The translations under genes and the position numbers were made by a program. A stretch of DNA of 64,000 nt from Octopus vulgaris (taxonomy: Eukaryota), in assembly GCA_951406725.2 (NCBI GenBank), contig OX597814.1, forward strand, positions 193,998,001 to 194,062,000, in the 5' to 3' direction. Below are positions 12,928 through 25,313 of this stretch, one piece after another. The notes beneath the pieces were generated by a model. The model had not been told where the DNA came from. It saw only the letters and a program-made list of their open reading frames with translations, and did no database searches. The stretch's first letter is position 1. Every line of letters starts with the position of its first letter.

Positions 12928-13834
12928 TAAACGTTAAAAAAAAACACAAACTGGGACAAGAACGTGAAACATTTTGAAGACGGCAAAAAAACACACAGAC
13001 GGGACTTTCGAAGCTCTCAGTCATCAGTCAAGAACCAGATCATCTTCGCAATTTCGGCTGATTAATCTTGAGATTGCTCCAATCTGGGCAGCCAACCAAG
13101 GGAAATCTAAGCCAATCGCATTAGATTCCTTGGAAGAAAACCTCGAAAGTATACAACACGGTGACGGAAAAACGGACGATGTTACTCGAAAAAAAAAAAT
13201 TCAAAAATACGTAAAAACAATAAAGAAAGCACGGATAAAAATACAAAATAACGTAAAAACAATCATAACAAAACCAGGACGTCAGGACAAGCGTCTTTCG
13301 ACAGGACGAGTTGAGTATAGGGCTGGCTGTGGTAAAAATGCCTGAAGGCAAACGGAGCACAAACACATACGTGTGGTCAAGCCAACTACTTGATGCGAAA
13401 GGCAGTAGTAGCTAGCTGGTCACGTGAGCACAAAAAGGAGGAAGGGACAGATGAAGAGAGAAGCAGGAGAGGGAAAGGGACAGGTCAAGTGGGGTATAAG
13501 GTCTGAGAGGCAGAGAAATGTGGGAGAGGAGGGACGGAGGAAGAGAGAAAGAAAGAAGGGGAACAAGGGAGGAGAAGAAAAAGAGGGAAAGAGACAGAAC
13601 AAGGGGAGTGAAAAGGGTGAAGGCAGAGAAAAGTAGGAGAGGGGGAAAAAGAGACAGAGTAGTAGAATCGTACCAATGTTAGGGAGTAATATACTTACAG
13701 TATAGGGTTAAAGGGTAGGGTACGTAGCCGCCATGTATATAGGTAAACGTTAAAAAAAACACAAACTGGGACAAGAACGTGAAACATTTTGAAGACGGCA
13801 AAAAAACACACAGACGGGACTTTCGAAGCTCTCA
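12924..13834 (-). mobile_element. Penelope-like non-coding element with ~95-bp terminal direct repeats
   Basis: 12924-13019 is repeated near-identically at 13739-13834; both ends abut (TA)n; no ORF. Confidence 0.55.
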
Positions 13835-14344
13835 TATATATATATATATATAATGTATGTATGTACACACACATAAGTTGGAAAGAAAGTTCTGATGCAT
13901 TTCAAGTTGAGGAAAGAAACAACTGCGTCTTCGACCTTAACTGATATATTTCAATATATTTAATCAAGATAATATTCCCCCTCGTTATTAATAAAATAAT
14001 TCCATTTCTCTGGAAACCGTTGATTTTTCGGACATGAAATTCTTCAGGTTTCGAACGATATTCTAAGCTTTTTACAATTACTAAACTGTTTTCCCTCTAA
14101 ATCAGTGGTTCTCAACCATTTTTCCCTATGGAACCCTTTCATCCTTATTTCACTCAGTGGACCCTCGTAGCCATTCGATATCTTTCTTTTAATCCCACTA
14201 TGTCTTAATAATTAAATATTAAGAATTGTATTAAAAAATTGCTGAAATATTTTATTTATTGTAGAAATATAACCAATTCCTTCTTTTCTACTCTTGGCAC
14301 AAGGCCCGCCATTACTTATAATATCGACATATACTAAATAGCTT

Positions 14345-15726
14345 ATAGTCAGATATTTACTTAACTATAAAAATACTTATGTATGCCAAAAAAATTATTT
14401 TTTTAAATAGTTAAACACATAAATAAAGGCGATCAAACGAAAGGGAAGAGAAAAAGGAAGATTAAAGGAGAGTATAAGAATATAAAAATAAAATCAAATA
14501 GATATCTGGTCTGTCTTTACGTTCTGAGTTCAAATTCCGCCGAGGTGGACCCTTTCATCCTTTCGGGGTTTGTAATCAGGTTATTTACACAGCTACGTCC
14601 CCCAAAATTTCTGGCTTTGTGCCTAGAGTAGAAAAGAATAAAGATAGAATCAGCTGAAAAGCTTTTACTAATTGTGAAGTCGAACTTGTACGTCTATCGC
14701 CGATTATCTCTGGTTCATTCATCACTGACTCGAGGTAGCTGGGTACGCTGATTGTGAACTGTGTTACGCTTATCACGAATTGATCTGTAATAACATGGGT
14801 CGGTGATCAAAGTTTCTGCTTTCGGCCGCAAAAGTGAGCCCCAACGACCATCCACAATGCTCAAAACAACTTAGTATTACGGAACAAAAAACTATTTTTC
14901 CTATACCTTCTATTATTCGTTTGTCATTGATTCGATAAAGTGTTTTGAGAATGAAAAACATACGTGAAATACGAGGATATATGTATTATGTAAGTTGTAC
15001 TGAAGTGGCTGTGTAAATATCTTTTTCTACTCTTGGCACAAGGCCTGAAATTTTGAGTGCGTGAGCTAGTCCATTAGATCTACCCCAGTACGCAACTGGT
15101 ACTTAATTTATCGACTCCGAAAGCGGTAAACGAAATATTGTTAAGCATTTCGTGCGGCGTACTAACGGTTCTGCCAGCTTGCCGCCTTACAAGTACCAAT
15201 AATAATCATTTCTACTAAAGGCACAAGGCCTGGAATTTGTGGGGGTGGGAACAGTCGATTACATCGACCCCAGTACTTGACCAGTTCTTAATTTATTGAT
15301 CCCGAAAGGTTGAAAGGCAAAGTCGACCTCGGCGGAATTTGAACTCAGAACGTAAAGACAGACTTGGCTGTGTAAATATACTTTACTACTCTTGGCACAA
15401 GGCCCGAAATTTTTTGGGAGGGGGCTAGTCCATTAGATCGACCCAGTACGCAACTGGTACTTAATTTATCGACCCCAAAAGGATGTAAGGCAAAATCGAC
15501 CTCGGAGGAATTTGAACTCAGAACATAAAGACAGACGAAATGATTCCATCTTTATTACATCAAAGATATCTATTTGATTAAATTTTTATATTCTTATATT
15601 CTCCTTTAATCTTCCTTTTTCTTTTCCCTTTCGTTTGATCGCCTTTATTTATGTGTTTAACTATTTAAAAAAATAATTTTTTTGGCATACATAAGTATTT
15701 TTATAGTTAAGTAAATATGTGACTAT
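14345..15726. repeat. Inverted repeat with 163-bp arms (14345-14507 / 15564-15726)
   Basis: Arms are reverse complements with about 4 mismatches. Confidence 0.9.
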
Positions 15727-16058
15727 GTATAAATAACCTGATTACAAACGATTAAAAATTGCCTAAAATAAAAATTTCAAAAAATACATGAAAAGATTTA
15801 GTTTTTAAAACGAACCCGATCGTACGTAAAGCATACAGAGATATGCAAATATAGTAAAACCATCTTTTACTTGTTTCAGTCACTAGACTGAGGCCATACT
15901 GGGGCACCACCTTGAAGAATTTATAAGTCAAATGAATCGACCCAAGTGCTTTGTTTTTTTTTCTAAAGCCTGTTACTTATTCTATCGGTCTCTTTTTGCC
16001 GAATCGCTATGTCACCGGGACATAATAAACCAACACCGGTCGTCAAGCAGTGGGGTTG

Positions 16059-16135
<77 letters not shown>

Positions 16136-16138
<3 letters not shown>

Positions 16139-16268
16139 TTCCTGTGGAAGAGCGTAGGCTCGAAACGTTAAACACTTTTTCACTTCCCGAGCGTTATACT
16201 AATACATCTGTTTGCTGTCTACATCACCTGCCTTCGTCTTTTCTTTGTTTCTTTTTGTGAATTCTCCC

Positions 16269-16270
<2 letters not shown>
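16136..16270 (+). mobile_element. Penelope-like fragment with variant hammerhead (copy 2)
   Basis: Core at 16142-16170; inserted in the (TA)n tract inside a SINE B copy. Confidence 0.6.
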
Positions 16271-16324
<54 letters not shown>

Positions 16325-17280
16325 CATACATACATACATACATACATACATACATACATACATACATACATACGACGAGCTTCTTTCAGTTTCCGTCTAC
16401 CAAATCCACTCACAAGGCTTTGATCGGTCCATGGCTATAGTAGAAGACACTTGCCCAAGGTGCCATGCAGAGGGACTGAACCCAGAACCATGTGGCTGGG
16501 AAGCAAGCTTCTTACCACACATCCACGCCTCACCTTAGCCACGCCGCCGCCTAGACATGCCTGCGCCTAGTCATAGATATCTAGATACAAACATAATGAA
16601 CGCAATAGAAGCTCACGAATGCACATACCCACACACACGAGCGCACGCAATGTCTTTTTATATGTTGTTTTATATTTTTTAAAAACAGTCAAATATTTAT
16701 TGCAGAATCATTCAATAGTTTTCAATAGAGTATCATATTTTATTTTTATAAAGAAATGGTTGACAATTACTTCGAAATTTTGTCTTAGTCGCCTTCGTGA
16801 CCGAAAAAGGCAACTAACCTGAGTCTTTTGCAGTATATTCCTAGTTTCTGGGTGTACATATGTGCCTGTTCGTACGTACGTACGTACGAACGTATGTATG
16901 TATGTATGTATGTATGTATGTATGTATGTATGTATGTATGTATGTATGTATGTATCTACAACCTCGTTTAGGCTTAGCAACCCTTCCTGTTTGTTTTCAC
17001 TGTCCTGTTTGTGTTACCAATTTTGACACTCAGCAAAATCCCAAATTTTATTTAATTTGCTTTGCGGGAGCAACTGTTTTATCGAAAGCGTATATTGTTG
17101 TTAAATGCTCGAAACACGAGACTAGAAAAGCAGCTGACAACTGATGAAGGGTCGTTCCTTGTGTTGTTTGTTTTGTTTTCCATTTGTGTCTTTCGCTGTT
17201 CAAAAGAATAGTTCATGTTCCATGTACTCGTGTTTCGTACTTTTTGTATTACACGTTTCATGACGTCCTGTGCCCACATA

Positions 17281-17315
<35 letters not shown>

Positions 17316-17361
17316 GTATAGATGTAAGTATGTACGTATGTATATACATACATATATATAT

Positions 17362-17421
<60 letters not shown>

Positions 17422-18079
17422 CATTTATATTAGTATATGTGTGTATACACATACTTGCACACAAGCAGCCTCTGAGAAACTTTTGTCCACTCAAACTTGA
17501 AGTTTTAAGGTTGAAATAGCGTTGAAATCTTCAGTTAAACTTTTAAAATAACGATTAATGATAAAACGTGAAAAAAAATTAACTTTTACTGTATACAGCT
17601 TTCACGATTCAAAAAAATATTAATTAATATATCTCAGATTATATCGTGCTGACGATTTCTAAAAAGAAAGAAATAGTGCTAAACTCGATCACCACTGGCT
17701 AAAAATTTTAAGTACTTCGTAATCAGTAAGCAAAAACAAAGGTTAATGAAATGGTTTTTCTGTTTGTTTGCTTTTTTCTTAATCTGCAAAATTTCGAAAC
17801 AAAACTACCAAAGTTACTTATACAGAAGAAGAAAAATATTTACAGCCCTGAAACCTAGATATACTGACCAACAAACCTCACCTCAAGCCAGTTGCAGCGT
17901 ATCCGTCTCAGTGACTAGGTCACAGTTAGCAAGACGGAAGTTTTGACTCTAAATATTAAATAAGTGAAGTTAATAGGTTTTTGTATGTTCTTGAAAGACT
18001 AATTTGTTTCTTTCATACTGTAATTGCTTTACTTTCAACTCACGGTCTCAGATCGAATCACCTGCCTAACAAGTACCTC

Positions 18080-19130
18080 TCCCAAATATCAAAAAGAATT
18101 TATCTGACAATGGTTTCAGTATTCAGTCTTGCTAAGTCAACAAGTCGGGTTTGAGACATGATTAAACTTCAAAACATTTTTGATATCTTTTCATTTTTTG
18201 TTAAAAGTCCTTTCTGTTGATACTATTACACGGGGAATTCTCAAACAAACACAAACATTTGGAAATATCTCTGAAAGTTTGTAGTTGCTTAACAGATTTA
18301 GAAATTCTAAAATGCTCAATTCTGGTTTTCCATAATTTGTTTTATCTACTTATACTAAATATTTCCTTTCTGTTACAAAATCTTCATCGTTAATATATAG
18401 GTGTTCTAACATTTTCGTTTTTTTATTATTATTTTCTAGCTTACTTCCAAGCATTGTGGGATATTTCCACAAAGCATAAGAATTTTCATTCAACTACTGA
18501 CTATCATTAAAACGTAATTAATCTGAAATAAAATTGTCAATCAAAACATAAAACGCAAATTTGCTGGAGTAGGTCTCTTAGCGAGTCAATTATCTGTTTG
18601 GCATCGGGTGTTGAGCCATCGTGCACCCCTCTCTTCCTATTCACGTTTCCATACCGTTAGGAGAGTTTAATTTCCATCTTAAAATCTGACGCCACCTCCT
18701 TGGCCTCCTTCCAGTTGTTTTGTAACTTCAAATAATCTACAAGGAGAGTTTTAATGTTAGATAACTTCTTATCCAATATGGCATCTCTAGCTTCAATGAC
18801 CTTGCTACAAATATCTATCGGAGCCAACATGTTTATACCACACAACAGACATTATCACACAAACATTTTATGTATGATAATGCTCTAATCACTTAATTCT
18901 TTGTATTGGCTGATAATCTCCGAAAAATCTTGCAATACTAACTGAATTCTGGTTAGGGGGAATGCAAGAGGTTTGATACTTTTAAGCCTATCAGACCACC
19001 CGCTTTTTTTCACATGGCGTGTAAAGAATAACCGATTCTTTTACGTGATTCCCATCGTTTAGAACTGATGCTGCTATTACAAGAGAAATTCGTTTTACAT
19101 AATTAAAACACAGAATTCACTGTACACCAA
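18080..19130 (-). pseudogene. Decayed hAT transposase remnant
   Basis: C-terminal RIPRVIVSTERTFNK...MSQTRLVDLA matches the hAT dimerisation motif (IPVTVASAERSFSKL...MSQERL); many stops and frameshifts. Confidence 0.65.
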
Positions 19131-19443
19131 TATAATGGAGCTTTCAAAAAATATATAATAAACCTCAAAGAAGACCTTTCCGTCTCTTTCAGTTCAGGTT
19201 GCAAACCAAAAATGACGTCGTAAATCTATGTGAAAGCATAAAAAAAGAAAACAAAGCATAAGCGCAGACATGTTTGTGTGGTTAAGAAGCTTGCTTTGCA
19301 ACCATGTGGTTTCGGGTTCAGTCCTATTGCGCTGTACCTTGCGCTTCTATTATAGCCTCAGGCTGACCAATGCCTTCTGAGTGTATATGGTAGACGAAAA
19401 CAGGGTGGAAGCCCGTTGTATATATGTATATATATATATATAC

Positions 19444-19625
19444 ATGATAGATCGCTAGCCACTACACATTCTTTATTTTCTCTCCTTGTTTCTTTCTGTG
19501 TTCTTTTCTGTGGAAGAGCGTAGGCTCGAAACGTTAAAGACTTTTTCACTTCCCGAGCGTTAAACTAATACACCTGTTTGTTGTCTACACCACCTGTCTT
19601 TATCTTTTGTTTTGGGTTTTTTTTG
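19444..19625 (+). mobile_element. Penelope-like fragment with variant hammerhead (copy 3)
   Basis: Core at 19508-19535; flanked by (TA)n and (TAGA)n inside a SINE B copy. Confidence 0.6.
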
Positions 19626-19780
<155 letters not shown>

Positions 19781-20140
19781 ATTGTGTGTGTGTTTTCCAC
19801 ATCTGCTTGATAACCGATATTGGTTTGTTTACGTCCCTGTCACATAGCAGTTCGGTAAAAGAAAATGATAGAATAAGTACCACTTAAAATGTATAAATAC
19901 TGGGGTCAATTTGCTCGACTAAAACCCTTCAAAGTCGGTGCTCCAGTATGGCCGCAGTCCAGTGACTGAAACAAATAAAAGATATGTTTAAACGTACCTC
20001 TTGTAATAACTGTAATTCACTAGCCTTATGATTAGGGTTAAGGTCGTGATCCCAGTTTCCAGGCTGGGTGCTGTGTTGTATCCTTGGTTAAAGAATTTTA
20101 TTTCACATCGCTCCAGTCCTCTTTGTATATAAACGGCAAA

Positions 20141-20178
<38 letters not shown>

Positions 20179-20790
20179 CCTTTATACAAATCCACAATTT
20201 TTCAGTTAGAAGGCTCGCACTTTCTATGGTCATTCAAAACCGTCCAAAGGTGGTCGTGCACATCTTTACATTTCCCCAGTCATCCCGCGAAGCCATTAAA
20301 AAATCAATAGAAGTGACTTTTTTGTGAATTTCCTATCCAAAACCCAATCAAAATGCTCGAAACTTTATACGCCAATTGAATGCTAGCTAGCTGTATGTGA
20401 TTGGTCGGAGATTTGGACAGTACTCGCGTGTATGTGTGCACGCACGCAGCTGTATATGCATACACTAGCACTATGACACGGCAACGCCGGGTCATACTGC
20501 TAGTATGGAATATCAAAAGTAGGTAGGCAACATATGGACGACGGCTTGGGTACACCTGATCTTTATTAAGAATGTTTAAGTAGTACAGTAAGCAGCAGAA
20601 GACTTGGAAGTCTTTAACACGTCCATTAGCAGAAAATACGAATATCTTTGCATGCGATTTCTTAAAAAGAAAAAAAAAGCGTTGTTTGGTGAATGACCGA
20701 GAATAAATTTGTAAATTTGTCTTGTCATTGTTTCATTTTTGCATTTGATCTGCAAGTTTCCTGATGTGAACTCGTGTGTTGAGACATATC

Positions 20791-21181
20791 TCTCTATATA
20801 TATAAAGCTGAAGTTGTCTGTGTATGGCACGTTTGGTAGCCTTCAACTAACACTATCTCCTCCGAGACCCTGCGGAGCAAGTTGACCAAAATTGAGAATA
20901 TGATAGAAGAAGGCTTGCTCTTCCTTCCGTAGAAGAAATAATTCAAATTGGACCATGTTAATGCCAAAAATTATTTACATCAAAAAGGTGCTTTCTTTCT
21001 ATGAAAATCCCTATCTTTTACGATTTTTTGACTGCTGTGTCGGCATTTATCGGTGTATTTCAACCAGAAAAATGTTCACTTAAAGAGAATAACAAGTTAC
21101 ATAATGCAAAATTTTTACTTTTCATAAATTCCAATTCTAAGGGTCGAAACAAACCCGAGCAACGTTGGGCGATACTGCTAA
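20791..21181 (+). mobile_element. Non-autonomous Helitron
   Basis: 5' TC(TC)TATATATATAAAG; 3' imperfect hairpin cccgagcaacgttggg followed about 8 nt later by CTAA|T (degenerate CTAG). Confidence 0.6.
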
Positions 21182-22199
21182 TTTCCTGATATCGCGGAAG
21201 GGGCATTATGCGAATAATGACCATGCACTGGTTCTATTTCAGTTCTTTAAGTATATTTGTCAATTGGTTAAGCATTTAACAATTAACTGTGTGAAAAGTC
21301 TAGCTGCATCCGAAAAAATACATATTATGAAACAAAAATAAACACACGAAGAGTTGCATTTTTATAAATTCGCGCTGGTATATTGCGGTCTACTTGAAAG
21401 GCATTGCAAAGATCACTCACTGTTTCATTTGCGACCCCATCTTTAATTTGCTGGTAGCGTAGAGGTATTGCCAGTCTATCTCTCTCACTAATTTGTTCAC
21501 CTCGCCTGCGAGCCATCTAAAGTTAATAATGATTCCGCTAATTCAACGTGTAAACATGTGTTGAATAGAACTCACTGAATAAATCTTAATTAACTGTGTT
21601 GTCAATTGTATGCACCAGACATATGCTAACGTGTATGCAGCCATACTTTTCACACAGAGGATAGATTGTTTGGTTAATCGTTCGAAAAATCAGTTAATCA
21701 GCTAATTTTTTGTGATTTCGTCAAAGACATGTCCTCTCTCCTCCAGATCTGCTTCAAGTTTGTCTGTCTATGCGTCCGAATGCGTTGATTTCAGACAATG
21801 AATCGTGGCAAAGAGTTACGCTGACTTTTGTCGGTGATGAAGAGTTGAATTACCGATGATCGCTGCCATTTCCTCTCCTCTCTACATAACTGTTTTTAAT
21901 TAGTATGCCCTCTGCATTAAATAACTTAACATTAACTTAGTACAATGCTATATCTATGGTCTATTACTGAGATGTCATAGTTAGAATATTTATTGTAATG
22001 TTATTTACATATTTGACTTATATTTACGATAAGTATTTGAAAATAACTACACTTTGATCTTTACTAACAAAATGAAATGGAGATAGTCTATTGTTTTATT
22101 AGGGCCTAGGGTGACCTTGTAAATAACATTAAACAACAACAAAAATTTAAATGTTGAGTTGATTTTTTTCTGAAGAAAAATTCATGTTTTTACTTTCAG

Positions 22200-22246
22200 G
22201 AGAAAACGATGCACAAACTGTTACAGAAATAGAAGAAAAGCTGAAA
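22200..22246 (+). CDS. 47-bp exon of the same collagen-like gene (GENDAQTVTEIEEKLK)
   Basis: Strong acceptor tttttactttcag| and donor AAA|gtaagt. Phase 1 in matches the previous exon, phase 0 out matches the next; open frame with helical, coiled-coil-like composition. Confidence 0.8.
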
Positions 22247-22304
22247 GTAAGTCTCTTCATATATATTGATTTCAGTAATAACAACAACAACAATAATAAT
22301 GATA

Positions 22305-22940
22305 ATTCGTTCGTTTATTGGCCACAAGGGCTAACAAAAATCAATTAAAACATAAAGGGACAAAATGCAGGACAAAAGTTACAAAGGGTTTTGTCTGTTT
22401 GAAAAAGTCCGTGTACAAAAGCAGGATAACAACGAAATACATGTAACAATTAAAACTCTCAATAGGGGGAGGCGCTTCGAAAGGTTACTCGTGAAAAAAC
22501 CCATAGAAGCCACGGGAGCCGGGTCAAAAGGGGGGTAGAGAGCCCCTTTCTTCTTTTATATTTCCTTTTAATTTTTCACAGATGTATCCTCAGAAGTGGT
22601 CCGTTCATACTGGCCATTCTTGCGACATTCACCCACCTTTCAATAAACTTGCTATCAGACATCACTTCCCTCTCTACTCCCATCTTCCTTTTCAAGTGAA
22701 ACTTGAAAAAGTTGATGAGGCCTTGGCCAAAGAGGAAAGTGTCTGACCTTAGCCCTTTCAAACGGGTCCATTATATCACCTCTTTCGCTACAGCCACTAG
22801 GCAAAGGAAAACTGCCTTGCTCTCCCGGTTAAAGGAGGTCGGTGGAGCAATCCTCACTATGGATTCAGCTGATAGCCAGATCCGTCCTATACGCGACAGT
22901 AGCTGTTCGAATATCTCGAGAAGTACGTGGAACAAATAGG
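22305..22940 (-). mobile_element. LINE 3' end (L1/Tx1-like ORF2 C-terminus plus 3' UTR)
   Basis: One frame with one stop: ...AVFLCLVAVAKEVI*WTRLKGL...FIERWVNVARM...RIHL*, resembling the AKxxIWxxR motif of L1/Tx1 C-termini; 3' UTR ends gcccttgtggccaataaacgaacg followed by an (ATT/GTT)n tail. Confidence 0.7.
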
Positions 22941-23131
22941 GGCTGCTATAAGGGAAAAGCACTTGCAGAAAACAGCACTGCTTGGAACCGCTCGAATACT
23001 CCGGGAGGTGCTCGAAAATTAAGAGGTGTTACCTTAGTTCGCTGGTAGTGAACAGCTGACACTGTATTACATCTCCAGCGTTAGAAGCTGTGCAAAGGCA
23101 ATAAATAATAATAATAATAATAATAATAATA

Positions 23132-23222
<91 letters not shown>

Positions 23223-24466
23223 GGTGGTGGTGGCGGTGGTGGTGGTGGTGGTGGTGACGACGACGATGACGACGACGAGGAGGAGGGGGAGTACTGATGG
23301 TGGGCTAAGCGCTAATATCAACCAACATGGGAGTGTCCGCATTTCGTGCGATTCACTGAAGGAAGGGAAAAAATATAAAGAAAGAGGGGAAAAAAACATG
23401 AATGAAATATGGTTAGGGTGAGAGAAAAAGAATCCTGAAGCGAATGACGCTACCGTGAGATGAATAATTAACCAGGTTATGGAAGACGACATGCCCCGTC
23501 ACACCTAAGCACTCGGTTGTCTACTTGGCATCGCTGTCGTCTGCCGCTTCCATTTCTCTATCTATCTATCTATCTATCTCTGTTACTCTCTCTCACTCTA
23601 TTACTTTCTCTCACGCTCTCTCTCTCTCTCTCTCTCTCTATTTCTCTATCTATCTATCTCTGTTACTCTCTCTCACATCTCTCTCTCTCTCTGTTACTCT
23701 CTCACGCTCTCTCTCTCTGTTACTCTCTCTCTCTCACTCTCTCTCTCTTATTCTCTCCACTTTTTCTCTTTCACTCACTCTCGCTTTCTCCCTTTCACTC
23801 ATTCTCTCACTCTTACTCTCATATAGCTATCCGCTTGTTGTCTACTTGATTTCACTGTCGTCTGCTTCTTCCAATTCCCTCTTTCTCCATTACCTTCTCC
23901 CTCTCTCTTCTTTCTCCCCTCTTACTCTTTCTCTCTCTCGTGCGCGCGTGCTTTCTCTGCCGTCTAATCTCTTCCTTTAACCTCCCTTTCTACCCTTCCC
24001 TCATTCACTCTCTCCCAATCTCTCACCCTCCCTCTCACTTTCTCACTTTCACTCCACCCTCTCTCTATCACTCTATCTCTATCTATCTCCTCCCTACACA
24101 TTAACTTGGCTGGGTTAATCGGGTGCATTAAAATGTCGTCTGCTCTTAGCATTGTGTCCAGTTAGTTCCTTTGATGAAAATATATTCATAGCATTTCCCG
24201 GTGACACGTTTTCTAAATTATTTCCTTACTCGTTATTCTATTCGACGACTTTAAACAAACAATAACTTAACATGTTGCCATTTATAACTAGGCCAACCAT
24301 TTCTTTTCCTTTCTATTTTTTTTTTACTTCCATATAATCTTTTTTCCCAGGCACCACTGGAGAATTTGTAAAGGTATGAATATGTCTGTCGTCATTCTGT
24401 TAAAAGTCGATATAATATCTTCACACAATAATTCATAAAAAATATTCATATTTTCATTGTGTATGC

Positions 24467-24531
<65 letters not shown>

Positions 24532-24919
24532 CGCACGCACACACACGTACACACATTCTTTTATATAGTCATTTTGCTGCGGTCATACTAGAGCACCACC
24601 TTGTTGGGTTTAGTCGAATAAACCGACGCCAGTAATTATTCTAAGTTGCAGACGTCTTCTATTGGACTCTTTGGCTAAATCGCTAACTTTGGGGACGTAA
24701 ACAAACCGACACCTGTTGTTGCTGCTGAGACAAACTCAAAGACACGTACACATACACTTATTGATTTCAAATTTTGAAACAAGGCCAACAATTTCGGAGA
24801 GGGGGATAAGTCGATTACAGCGACCCCAGTGCTCAACTGACACTTGTATAATCGATCCCGGCGGCATTTGAACTCAGAAAGTCACAAGAAATGCCGCTAA
24901 GCATTTTTTTCCCGGCCGG

Positions 24920-25313
24920 TAACGATTCTTTTCTACTCAAGGACCGAAATTTTGAGGGAGGGGCCCAGTCGATTAGATCAACCCCAGTACACAACTGGTA
25001 CTTAATTTATCGACCCCGAAAGGATGAAGGGCAAAGTCGACCTCGGCGGAATTTGAACTCAGAACGTAGCGGCAGACGAAATACCTATTTCTTTACTTAC
25101 CCACAAGGGGCTAAACAAGGGGCTAAACAAGGACAGACAAACGGATTAAGTCGATTATATCGACCCCAGTGCGTAACTGGTACTTAAATTATCGACCCCG
25201 GAAGGATGAAAGGCAAAGTCGACCTCAGCGGAATTTGAACTCACAACGTAACGCAGACGAAATACCGCTTAGCATTTCGTCCGGCATGCTAACGTTTCTG
25301 CCAGCCATCCGCC
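24920..25313 (-). mobile_element. SINE A dimer
   Basis: Homologous to the other copies. Confidence 0.8.

Noticed and set aside
17060-17240. Hammerhead pieces (CGAAACACG at 17110, CTGATGA at 17141)
   Set aside because: The core halves are in the wrong order or too decayed for one fold; probably another eroded Penelope-like end.
23100-23220. (AAT)n-(ATT)n fold-back microsatellite
   Set aside because: Common simple-repeat junction with no further structure.
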